From a virus, in the IMG/VR virus record IMGVR_UViG_3300025916_000002: a stretch of 64,000 nt of DNA. One strand, 5' to 3'. The translations under genes were made by a program, and so were the position numbers. Positions within the stretch are counted from its first letter, which is position 1; each line of letters begins with the position of its first letter. Below are positions 48,565 to 55,799 of this stretch, piece by piece. The notes beneath the pieces are model-generated. The model was not told the DNA's origin, searched no databases, and saw nothing but the letters and a program-made list of their open reading frames with translations.

Positions 48565-49004
48565 TGGGAACGCCATCAATCATATACACCATAATCACCA
48601 TCCTTCTTGCGCTCACGGATGCGATAAGGGTTAAGATAGCCATGGGTGAGGTTCCAAATATAAGCCATAAGGTAAGCTGGAAGCTTGGAATAGCAACGGG
48701 TGCCGGTGTTTTAATATGGTGGGAAATATTCGTACTTCCCGGTAATTGGTGGTCGCTCCTTGCAGCAGCAATTACGGCCCTTGGTTTTGTGGGCATCCGC
48801 TTTGCCCTCTATGATCCTTGCCTCAACATCTTCAGGCTTTGGACCGGCACCAACCCTACCGGGCGCATAGACTACGTATCCACTACTACAAGTAGTTACG
48901 TAGACCAGCATAGCGAGAAATTGCCATTTTGGGCGAAACGCGCAATGGGGGCTGTAGGTTGGTTAGTGATGTTTTTATTATACAAAGTAATTTTTAAGGT
49001 ATGA
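48564..49004 (+). CDS. multi-pass membrane protein (146 aa), holin candidate
   Basis: ATG at 48564 overlaps the previous stop (TAATG). About 4 TM segments. Lies two small ORFs (49001..49096, 49093..49269) upstream of the lysozyme-family gene. Confidence 0.4.
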   Translation: MGTPSIIYTIITILLALTDAIRVKIAMGEVPNISHKVSWKLGIATGAGVLIWWEIFVLPGNWWSLLAAAITALGFVGIRFALYDPCLNIFRLWTGTNPTGRIDYVSTTTSSYVDQHSEKLPFWAKRAMGAVGWLVMFLLYKVIFKV

Positions 49005-49096
49005 GAAGTTTCATTATTGTTACAAGTGTAATGGCGGCGGGATTCATTTGGGGCGCATTACTTGAATTATTCATGAAAAAAATTATGAATAAATGA
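49001..49096 (+). CDS. single-TM micro-ORF (31 aa)
   Basis: ATGA overlaps at both ends. Translation: MRSFIIVTSVMAAGFIWGALLELFMKKIMNK. Confidence 0.4.
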   Translation: MRSFIIVTSVMAAGFIWGALLELFMKKIMNK

Positions 49097-49269
49097 AGTT
49101 ATTTATCCTCGTCATTTTACTCGTTATAGCTTCATGCAGTACACCTCGAACCTACGTGCCCGTACGCATCGAATGCCGCAACTCTTTCAACCAACAACAA
49201 CTCGATTCTTTAAAAAGAATAGACGCAAGGATAGATTCGTTTTTGAACAGAGAAAATAAAAAGCAATGA
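49093..49269 (+). CDS. small lipoprotein (58 aa), o-spanin-like candidate
   Basis: MKLFILVILLVIASC has a canonical lipobox. ATGA overlaps with both neighbours. Directly upstream of the lysozyme-family gene. Confidence 0.5.
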   Translation: MKLFILVILLVIASCSTPRTYVPVRIECRNSFNQQQLDSLKRIDARIDSFLNRENKKQ

Positions 49270-49805
49270 ATACACCGCAACAATACCAGCAGCTTTGGGA
49301 TACGATGGAAGTTAAATCTTCTGTTCTTCCACGCTTGAATAAGATAATTGCCAAAATAAAATCAAACAAGGCCATCTATGAAAACGTCGTAGAGGATTGG
49401 AAAATGCCGTGGTATGTAGTAGCGGCCATCCACAATATGGAGAGTGATATGGACTTTACAAAACACCTACACAATGGGGACCCGTTAACAGCACGCACAG
49501 TGCATGTACCCGCAGGTCGCCCACTCGCAGGCAATCCACCGTTTACGTGGGAAGAAAGTGCCGAAGATGCCCTTAAACTTCGTGGTATGGATCATATCAC
49601 AGATTGGAGTGTTCCTCATATGCTTTTAGTGGTGGAAGGATACAATGGCTACGGGTATAGCCGCCGTAATTTACCGAGTCCGTATTTGTGGAGTGGTTCA
49701 CAGATTTATACAAAGGGGAAATATGTGGCCGACGGAAAATTTGACCCCAATGCTGTTAGTAGCCAAATAGGCGCGGCATTGATAATTAAGCAACTTTTTT
49801 CATAA
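49266..49805 (+). CDS. lysozyme-family peptidoglycan hydrolase (COG5526-like), endolysin candidate (179 aa)
   Basis: Motifs recalled from this family: AIHNMES, LHNGDPL, VVEGYNGYGY, SPYLWSG. Sits at the end of the membrane/lipoprotein chain. Confidence 0.55.
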   Translation: MNTPQQYQQLWDTMEVKSSVLPRLNKIIAKIKSNKAIYENVVEDWKMPWYVVAAIHNMESDMDFTKHLHNGDPLTARTVHVPAGRPLAGNPPFTWEESAEDALKLRGMDHITDWSVPHMLLVVEGYNGYGYSRRNLPSPYLWSGSQIYTKGKYVADGKFDPNAVSSQIGAALIIKQLFS

Positions 49806-50079
49806 TAATACGCAGGTTAAGGTTCGATTAGAAACACCTGAACTGGTGGGGAACACAGCACACCGCCGTTCAGATTCCCGGGAGTGACCGATACTTGCTA
49901 CCGGGAGCGCAATCGGTGTATTGGCTGAATAAGTACACCACTAAAGCCCTTCTTTTCTAAGAGGGACTTTTTAAACTCTTTGGTCTTCAGAGAGACCTTT
50001 ACCATAACGGAGGCTTGTTTCTACTTGCTTCCCATTTTAAACTTTTTCAGGGTTTATTGGATTTTGGTTTTTGGGGTAT

Positions 50080-50105
50080 GCCGCCTGCTTCGGTGGGCGG
50101 CTTTT
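50080..50105 (+). terminator. intrinsic terminator with UUCG tetraloop
   Basis: GCCGCCTGC-TTCG-GTGGGCGGC, a 9-bp stem including 2 G-U pairs, followed by TTTT. Confidence 0.7.
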
Positions 50106-50107
50106 AA

Positions 50108-50212
50108 GGGTGATTAGCTCGAGGGGAGTATTCCCATAGGTCAGAGCGGACCCAGTGGTTATTTTTAACCATGTAACAGGTACGGACGCCGGTTCGAATC
50201 CGGTATCATCCA
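50108..50212 (+). ncRNA. non-canonical tRNA-like element (acceptor stem with G3:U70, canonical T-arm, expanded D region, no standard anticodon loop)
   Basis: T-arm is GCCGG-TTCGAAT-CCGGT (50188-204). Acceptor stem is GGGTGAT (50108-14) with ATCATCC (50205-11). D-like arm is GCTC..ATAGGTCA..GAGC with a 15-nt inserted hairpin. Total length is 105 nt. Confidence 0.5.
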
Positions 50213-50343
50213 CACAGCGGTCTATCCAATCCCAGTGAGTGAACGCCGTGAGTTAGGCGTGAGAGCCAAGGGCGTGACAAGCCCCTAAGTTCAATATAAT
50301 GAAGACACAAAATTGGATGTCTGGCAGCCGGAAAGACGGCAAT

Positions 50344-50398
50344 ATCAGCCCTTACGATAGTGGATCGTTTGAGAAACGACAATAGGGGCTGATTTTTT
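50344..50398 (+). terminator. long-range hairpin plus T6 (terminator candidate)
   Basis: ATCAGCCC (50344-51) pairs with GGGCTGAT (50386-93). There is an inner hairpin TCGTTT-gag-AAACGA. Followed by TTTTTT. Confidence 0.5.
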
Positions 50399-50419
50399 AA
50401 AACACAAAACACTCATTAT

Positions 50420-50899
50420 ATGATACGCGAAGAACTCTATCACAAAACAGTTGGTATTCTAGTAGATGCTTATTTTAAGGATACGCTTGTACACGGAAAT
50501 TGCAAAGCCTGTGCAGTAGGTAATATCGTGGCAGCCAATCGCGGGATCGGGCTCTACTCTAATGGGAAGGGGAATATAGAATGGGAGAGGGAGGTGTGTA
50601 CGATAGGCGTAGGGTGGGCGTCTGTTTTTTCAACGGACCCTGTTTTTGGGGGCCAGTCTCTACGGCCAGATAATTATGATACCCCTACAGCAAAGGAGCA
50701 AATAGACGCTACTGGCTATCAATGGCAAGAACTTGCAAAGATTGAGTATGCATTTGAGTCGGCCCCGAAGGCCACCAGCGACGAAGACTGGATGTTCAAC
50801 GGCTTGATGGCAGTCATAGAAGTACTGGACCAAATCCACGAAAATACTGATCCCGTCGTCCAACAACAAAGCAAAGCCCGTTTTCTCAAAACTGCCTGA
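50420..50899 (+). CDS. hypothetical protein (159 aa)
   Basis: Clean ORF directly upstream of the sigma factor gene (2-nt gap). Confidence 0.6.
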   Translation: MIREELYHKTVGILVDAYFKDTLVHGNCKACAVGNIVAANRGIGLYSNGKGNIEWEREVCTIGVGWASVFSTDPVFGGQSLRPDNYDTPTAKEQIDATGYQWQELAKIEYAFESAPKATSDEDWMFNGLMAVIEVLDQIHENTDPVVQQQSKARFLKTA

Positions 50900-50900
50900 C

Positions 50901-51371
50901 ATGACCCTCTCCACCCTCCTTCCCAACCTTCCATGGCTCACCAATCTGGCAGCCAGGTTCACCGCTAACACGGCAGAAGCTGAAGACTGCGCTATGGTGG
51001 CTATAGAGCGCATAGCGCCCCGATTGGAAGAGTTCCGCACTGAGCCCCAAGCCCGCGCATTCCTCGCTAAAACAGCCCGTAATGCAGCCATGGATGCCCA
51101 TAAGGCCACTGAGCGCCGGCAAAGGAAAGAAGCGCTGGCTACGATGCCACAAGAAGACGCAGAAGCCCATATACGGCTTCAAATGGTCATAGCCTATGGA
51201 ATACCTCAATTAACGCCAGAACGGCAGAAAATCGCCACGCTGTGGGCCGAAGGAGCGGAAACCAGGGAGATCGCCGGAAAGTTGGGCATAAGCGAAAAGA
51301 CGGTAAGGAATCAAAAATGTTTGATTATTCGGGATTTGAAAAGGTGGGTGAAACGGTGTAAATTAGTATAA
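50901..51371 (+). CDS. ECF-type sigma-70 family RNA polymerase sigma factor (156 aa)
   Basis: Region-2-like ARAFLAKTARNAAMDAHK. Region-4 HTH is LTPERQKIATLWAEGAETREIAGKLGISEKTVRNQKCLIIRDLKRW. Confidence 0.7.
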   Translation: MTLSTLLPNLPWLTNLAARFTANTAEAEDCAMVAIERIAPRLEEFRTEPQARAFLAKTARNAAMDAHKATERRQRKEALATMPQEDAEAHIRLQMVIAYGIPQLTPERQKIATLWAEGAETREIAGKLGISEKTVRNQKCLIIRDLKRWVKRCKLV

Positions 51372-51372
51372 A

Positions 51373-51585
51373 ATGAGCTATACCCTAACAAATGAATGGG
51401 TCAAATTTGACGGCGATTACATCAAAAAGATGCATGATGTAAAATTATTCGACGGAACTGTTATCGAGAAATGCTGGCCAAATGCGGGTGTTTTTGTAGT
51501 ATGTGATAAGAACGATGCGCCTGAAATTGAATTAAAAAACGTTGAATTTGTAAGAAGAAATGAGGCGTTTTATAAAGAATGTTAA
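51373..51585 (+). CDS. hypothetical protein (70 aa)
   Basis: Starts 1 nt after the sigma gene stop; followed by a terminator. Confidence 0.5.
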   Translation: MSYTLTNEWVKFDGDYIKKMHDVKLFDGTVIEKCWPNAGVFVVCDKNDAPEIELKNVEFVRRNEAFYKEC

Positions 51586-51593
51586 TAGCAACA

Positions 51594-51630
51594 AAGCCCC
51601 AAAGCATAACGCCAGGGGCTTTTCTCTTTT
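51594..51630 (+). terminator. intrinsic terminator
   Basis: AAGCCCC / GGGGCTT stem with a 14-nt loop, followed by TTCTCTTTTT. Confidence 0.6.
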
Positions 51631-51665
51631 TATAGCTAAGAGGTAGGATAAAAACGGGCGGTTTT

Positions 51666-51953
51666 TCATTTCAATGTGCCTAATTCGGCCGAATAAGCTA
51701 AATACTTTTCAACCTTTATTTTTTTAACCCCAGCGGAAACGGCATCGAATATTTTGGGGACACTTTCTTCTGCGTATAAAAGCTCCATTATGGCGACAAT
51801 ATCGTTAAACTCGTAAACAATCCTTTCTGCGTTAGTCAAGTCTTGTTCCGGCTGTATTTCCTGTAAGCCGAACCGTAAAGCTTTTGTGGCCCTTTGAGCT
51901 GTTTCGTTACACTCCTCTATGAGAATAGTTAACAAATGTTCTTCGCGGGTCAT
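51666..51953 (-). CDS. MazG-like nucleotide pyrophosphohydrolase (95 aa)
   Basis: LTILIEECNETAQRATKALRFG and EFNDIVAIMELL match the small all-alpha MazG-like family pattern. Confidence 0.65.
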   Translation of the reverse strand: MTREEHLLTILIEECNETAQRATKALRFGLQEIQPEQDLTNAERIVYEFNDIVAIMELLYAEESVPKIFDAVSAGVKKIKVEKYLAYSAELGTLK

Positions 51954-52237
51954 GGTTTCTTAGTTTTTACCGTATCCGCCACCATAGCAGCAGTTACTTG
52001 TTTTTGAATGTCGTCAACATGGGAGTCGCATACGCTGTCAATAAAATACCGGGCTTCAGGTGGCAGGCAACTGTATCTTGATATGCGCTGTATCTGTAAC
52101 AGCCCACTTTGTTTACCGCCCCATTCGTTGCGGGTATGGTTGACGGGGTAGGTTTTTTCTTTTTGCTGGAATACAGCGCCGGCGGCTACGCTACACACAG
52201 CCAACGCGAGAATGATGTTAAAGGTTGTTTTTGTCAT
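51950..52237 (-). CDS. secreted protein or lipoprotein candidate (95 aa)
   Basis: N-terminal FNIILALAVCSVAAGA. Confidence 0.5.
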   Translation of the reverse strand: MTKTTFNIILALAVCSVAAGAVFQQKEKTYPVNHTRNEWGGKQSGLLQIQRISRYSCLPPEARYFIDSVCDSHVDDIQKQVTAAMVADTVKTKKP

Positions 52238-52538
52238 TGTTGGGTTGGTTTATTAATAAAAGGCATTCTTCAATACACGCATTAAGCACTTCCTTGCGCT
52301 TATTTATTCCTTCTTCGTCTTCATCCCACCACATAGTGCTGTCCTGAAATGGTAATTTTTCCGGTCTGTGGCGCGCAAATTCAGGGAAATAATTCAATAT
52401 TTCATGTGGTGGGTATATTTCCCGAGAATGACAGAACTCAAGGAGATGAATGCAGACCCAAGGACGCGAGTAATCGTTAGTATGGTCTATACAATAGCGA
52501 TAAGCGGCTATTCTTTGTTCCGGTGTTAATTGTTCCAT
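52218..52538 (-). CDS. hypothetical protein (106 aa)
   Basis: Early leftward operon. Its start overlaps the upstream stop. Confidence 0.55.
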   Translation of the reverse strand: MEQLTPEQRIAAYRYCIDHTNDYSRPWVCIHLLEFCHSREIYPPHEILNYFPEFARHRPEKLPFQDSTMWWDEDEEGINKRKEVLNACIEECLLLINQPNNDKNNL

Positions 52539-52807
52539 TAGTTTAAATTTACATTTTCTGTAATTACAAGCCCATTATTATACAATACCCAATCAAAGAT
52601 AGCAATGAAAGTCTCGTATTCCAAGCGAAATGGGTCGCCTACAAAATCTGAGACAGGAGATAAGCCACCATGTAAATCATCGAGTGTCATGGTTATTGAT
52701 TTAAGTGTAGAGTTGGGGCATAGGCGGTGGTTTGAATGAAGGGCACCGGTTAATCGTTGCCGATAATGTCGTTGGTCTGTTTTACCGCGCCTTGCGTAAT
52801 TAGCCAC
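52538..52807 (-). CDS. hypothetical protein (89 aa; alternative start at 52690 gives 50 aa)
   Basis: Its stop overlaps the next start (TAATG). The long form overlaps 52750..53073 by 58 nt. Confidence 0.35.
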   Translation of the reverse strand: MANYARRGKTDQRHYRQRLTGALHSNHRLCPNSTLKSITMTLDDLHGGLSPVSDFVGDPFRLEYETFIAIFDWVLYNNGLVITENVNLN

Positions 52808-53073
52808 CGTTTAAGAAGGATCATTTTCCCCTTAAGTATTGCTATTTCGTCTTTACGGGCATCCGCTTTTTGCTTTTTAATGCGCGATTCTTTTTCTTTC
52901 TTTTGCTGCATTTCAATGTAGGCCGGGGATTGACGGTCTAATTTATCTCCCAACAAGCCGTCAAATAAAACGCCCATCACTTCTCCCATTGCGCCTTTTT
53001 CAGGAAGGGTATCCAAGCCTTCGACGAGCAAATCAAAATCGGATTCAGTTAATTCTAAATCTTTAATTTCCAT
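52750..53073 (-). CDS. hypothetical acidic protein (107 aa)
   Basis: Operon context. Confidence 0.5.
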   Translation of the reverse strand: MEIKDLELTESDFDLLVEGLDTLPEKGAMGEVMGVLFDGLLGDKLDRQSPAYIEMQQKKEKESRIKKQKADARKDEIAILKGKMILLKRWLITQGAVKQTNDIIGND

Positions 53074-53095
53074 TGTATTTTGTTTTAATTGTTAA

Positions 53096-53260
53096 CTAAC
53101 GGGCCTCGTAGCCGATGTAGCCTTTCCTCATAGAACATCCACGGCGTTCACTGCTGCACGAGCTGGCAAACCACAACAGCCCAAGGATAATAACTATCCA
53201 TACTAAGTTGTCTTTTGTACGCTTACGATGGTAAGCAAATGAAGAGGTGTCTTTTTGCAT
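53096..53260 (-). CDS. small membrane protein or lipoprotein candidate (54 aa; below the track cutoff)
   Basis: Hand-translated as MQKDTSSFAYHRKRTKDNLVWIVIILGLLWFASSCSSERRGCSMRKGYIGYEAR. Fills an otherwise empty 190-nt gap. Confidence 0.4.
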   Translation of the reverse strand: MQKDTSSFAYHRKRTKDNLVWIVIILGLLWFASSCSSERRGCSMRKGYIGYEAR

Positions 53261-53265
53261 TTTGT

Positions 53266-54018
53266 TTATGTTTTAGAGTTAGGGAAATTGGTGTTCATAT
53301 ATTCCTTATGCAGTTTTTTAACTGTTTCAATTGATACTGCTTTTTCTCCAAGATGGTGGTTTATTCCATTGCAGGCGGCATAAAAGGCGTTTTCGATTTG
53401 GGAGGGGGTGAATGTCTGCGGGGGTGTTCCGCTTTCGTCCAGAAATTCAATTCCTGTGTATCCCTTTTCAATCAACATAAGGACCATACGGCGACTGCCA
53501 ATACACTTGTTTATTTCATCCTTATAGGGATAACGGATTACTACGTCAGTCATGTCTTCGGACGGCAATACGTCTTCACTCGCCTTTACCCATACCGGGC
53601 CTGCTGGTTGGGGTGCTGCCGTCTTTTGTACAGTTGCTCCGCATTCGCAGGCATTGTGTTTTTGTATATCCCATGGTTTTCCGCAGGAAGGACACAGAAA
53701 TCGGTGGGGCGATCCGAAAGGATTGAATAGCTTGTAGAGTTCGGCGGTTGTTTTTATATAAAGTTTTTCATATGTCTTTTTAGGAATAGATGTACCTTCT
53801 TCAAATGTATAATGCCACTTTTGGGTAGAATGGTCAAAATAGAACCATCTATTTTCATAAAGCCATTCCGCAAACGCCACAGCATCGATAGACGTGTGGG
53901 CCTCGTGGGCTTCCCAACCGGCAGCATAAGCTTCCAGAAGATCACCACATCGTTGCGTATCAACTCTACCACGCATAAATCTGTTAACCCAATTTTCGGC
54001 TAGTTGTTCCTTCGTCAT
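53266..54018 (-). CDS. hypothetical protein with internal zinc-ribbon (250 aa)
   Basis: CPSCGKPWDIQKHNACECG, a four-Cys motif. Confidence 0.6.
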   Translation of the reverse strand: MTKEQLAENWVNRFMRGRVDTQRCGDLLEAYAAGWEAHEAHTSIDAVAFAEWLYENRWFYFDHSTQKWHYTFEEGTSIPKKTYEKLYIKTTAELYKLFNPFGSPHRFLCPSCGKPWDIQKHNACECGATVQKTAAPQPAGPVWVKASEDVLPSEDMTDVVIRYPYKDEINKCIGSRRMVLMLIEKGYTGIEFLDESGTPPQTFTPSQIENAFYAACNGINHHLGEKAVSIETVKKLHKEYMNTNFPNSKT

Positions 54019-54029
54019 GTTGGCTAATT

Positions 54030-54197
54030 TTAAATTGATTGATACTTTCCGTCTTTTTTCTGGTAAATAATTGAAGATAAGCCTGCTTCGATAGCAGACA
54101 GTTGCAAGAGGCGTGCTCTTTTAATGGTTGCACAGTACTTCCATCTTTCTTTTCCCCGGTACAAAACATTAACCCGGTACTTGTTTTTCTTATCCAT
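54030..54197 (-). CDS. small basic protein (55 aa; below the track cutoff)
   Basis: MDKKNKYRVNVLYRGKERWKYCATIKRARLLQLSAIEAGLSSIIYQKKDGKYQSI. Its start overlaps the upstream stop (TAATG). Preferred over track ORF 53984..54169. Confidence 0.4.
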   Translation of the reverse strand: MDKKNKYRVNVLYRGKERWKYCATIKRARLLQLSAIEAGLSSIIYQKKDGKYQSI

Positions 54198-54427
54198 TAG
54201 TTAAAGTATTTAGTTAATGTATCTCTCCCTTCTTTATTCAACTCCACAAACTGTCCCCTCACCAGCGAATCCACCGCCCGATAAGGGATTACTTCACCTT
54301 CGCCGTTATAGAAGGTGTACTTTGGGCCAGTGATGGCTCCAAGGGCATAGGAGGCTACCGAAAAGGCAGCAAGTAGCAGGAGGCCCAAGGCTAACAGGTT
54401 TTTGTTTTTAGGGGTTAAGTGAGTCAT
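54197..54427 (-). CDS. N-terminally anchored small protein (76 aa)
   Basis: TM segment LLALGLLLLAAFSVASYALGAI. Confidence 0.5.
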   Translation of the reverse strand: MTHLTPKNKNLLALGLLLLAAFSVASYALGAITGPKYTFYNGEGEVIPYRAVDSLVRGQFVELNKEGRDTLTKYFN

Positions 54428-54528
54428 AATTTCTTTTTAGTATTATTGTTAATATCTTTCAGTTGTTCGTAGATGCCCATAAGAACTATCCCTATAAGAG
54501 ACAAAAGAAAGCATTGAAAGGCTTGCAT
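54424..54528 (-). CDS. single-TM micro-ORF (34 aa)
   Basis: MQAFQCFLLSLIGIVLMGIYEQLKDINNNTKKKL. Its ATG overlaps the upstream TGA and its TGA overlaps the downstream ATG. Confidence 0.4.
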   Translation of the reverse strand: MQAFQCFLLSLIGIVLMGIYEQLKDINNNTKKKL

Positions 54529-54938
54529 CACTTATCTGTTTTAAGGTTAATAAAGTATTCCCCCGGTGAATCGTTAACAAGGGTATATATCCAGCAGTGG
54601 GGCTCTTTCGCTGGTTGCACACTGGCTATCTCTTCTACCGGAAACCCTTCTTTAAGAGCTATAGCATGGAGGGCTGAAAGGGCGTTGGTGGGTGAATCTG
54701 CTGGAAATTCAACAGTATAGGATGAGTTGGCTGGCGCACGCTTATATTTATCCCGTAAGTCAGACCAATAGGCCGTTCCCTCTGTAGAATCTATCCACCG
54801 AAAAGATGCTTCTATGGCATTTCTCATACAGGGGTGAGGGCCACCGTGGTCGCCGGGCCGCTGAATATCCATATTCGCCAACGCCTGCCCTCTATAGGGC
54901 TCCGGTAAGTCTTCCAGCCATTCGCGGATCGTTTTCAT
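54528..54938 (-). CDS. hypothetical phage protein (136 aa)
   Basis: Clean ORF. The REWLEDLPEPYRGQALAN N-terminus is of a type I recall from phage hypotheticals. Confidence 0.55.
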   Translation of the reverse strand: MKTIREWLEDLPEPYRGQALANMDIQRPGDHGGPHPCMRNAIEASFRWIDSTEGTAYWSDLRDKYKRAPANSSYTVEFPADSPTNALSALHAIALKEGFPVEEIASVQPAKEPHCWIYTLVNDSPGEYFINLKTDK

Positions 54939-54950
54939 TTCTATGTGTAT

Positions 54951-55250
54951 TTAAAGTTTTATAGTTGCCATTTCCTCCCCTCCTATTTCTTCCACATCAA
55001 TTTCAAACGCGGTGTTAGTGATATTATTGCGCAGGGCTATTATTAGGTGGGTGGGGCCAAGGGCATCGGTGCAATCAATCAGCGCGCCCGCTTCAACACG
55101 AACCATCATTCCAACACGTAGAAGGCGGGTTACGCCCAATGCCGTCCTTACCGCCCCATCTAATATTATCCATTGCGTATCCTCCATCTTATCGGTAAGC
55201 GCGTCAAGATTGGCGATGGCGTTAAAGACGTCTGTGGTGGTAGGGGTCAT
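54951..55250 (-). CDS. hypothetical protein (99 aa)
   Basis: Operon context. Confidence 0.5.
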   Translation of the reverse strand: MTPTTTDVFNAIANLDALTDKMEDTQWIILDGAVRTALGVTRLLRVGMMVRVEAGALIDCTDALGPTHLIIALRNNITNTAFEIDVEEIGGEEMATIKL

Positions 55251-55252
55251 GA

Positions 55253-55498
55253 TTAGTCCTCTTTAAAGGTGTATTGTTGAATTAAATTTGCAATGGTTCT
55301 CATATCGGTATCTACACGCTCAAAATCGGCCGTGCGGGAATTCAATTGCTCTTTTAAGGTTTCGATTATGGGAGCGTAAAATCTCTCAGCCCTCCCGAGA
55401 CCTACCGAAGCACCAATCATAAAACTCTCCTTGTCGGCAGCTTCGCTGTAACCTACAGTGGTTTTCACTGAATCTTTTATGTGTTGTGGTATTTCCAT
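55253..55498 (-). CDS. hypothetical protein (81 aa)
   Basis: Operon context. Confidence 0.5.
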   Translation of the reverse strand: MEIPQHIKDSVKTTVGYSEAADKESFMIGASVGLGRAERFYAPIIETLKEQLNSRTADFERVDTDMRTIANLIQQYTFKED

Positions 55499-55502
55499 AT
55501 TA

Positions 55503-55709
55503 TTAATTAGAACATTTCTGAATAATTTCCCTAAGCGCTACCATGCAGTCATCATTCGGGTCAGTACCGCCACCGGCAAAAGTATCATATACATATTGAG
55601 CACGCGACTGAATGGCTGACAGTTTTTTAGAGATAGTTTTTTTCGCTGCATTGAACCCATCGACATAGGATTCATCCAAAACAATATCTTCAATAGACTG
55701 AGTTTTCAT
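55503..55709 (-). CDS. hypothetical protein (68 aa)
   Basis: Operon context. Confidence 0.5.
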   Translation of the reverse strand: MKTQSIEDIVLDESYVDGFNAAKKTISKKLSAIQSRAQYVYDTFAGGGTDPNDDCMVALREIIQKCSN

Positions 55710-55799
55710 TTTTAGTTCACTTTATAGAGGTTAAGAGATTTCTTTGTGGGCTGTCACGATTGAACGTCACGACGAATAAACCCGCAGCCCAAACCGCTC

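Noticed and set aside
50188-50214. The tRNA 3'-end-like segment as a phage attP core
   Set aside because: No integrase is nearby, and the 5' acceptor strand and D-like arm are also present, so this is a complete tRNA-like unit rather than a 3' fragment. It cannot be excluded without host sequence, and is kept as an alternative in the finding.
50385-50398. GGGGCTGATT, identical to the canonical 5' start of many tmRNAs
   Set aside because: It is fully complementary to ATCAGCCC at 50344-51 and is followed by T6, so it is better explained as the 3' arm of a terminator hairpin. It cannot pair with the strand adjacent to the T-arm.
50206-50412. 68-aa minus-strand ORF in the structured non-coding region
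   Set aside because: It overlaps the tRNA-like 3' end and two terminator stems. It lies on the opposite strand to all neighbours and has no coupling.
49806-50419. Possibility that the non-coding region is a full or two-piece (permuted) tmRNA gene
   Set aside because: The acceptor stem closes within 105 nt, leaving no room for a tag reading frame or pseudoknots inside it. No downstream segment can pair with ATCATCC as a permuted gene would require. I could not identify a resume codon and tag ORF.
53984-54169. Track ORF of 61 aa on the minus strand
   Set aside because: It overlaps the start of 53266..54018 by 35 nt. A different frame (54030..54197) interlocks exactly with the upstream stop codon and was preferred.
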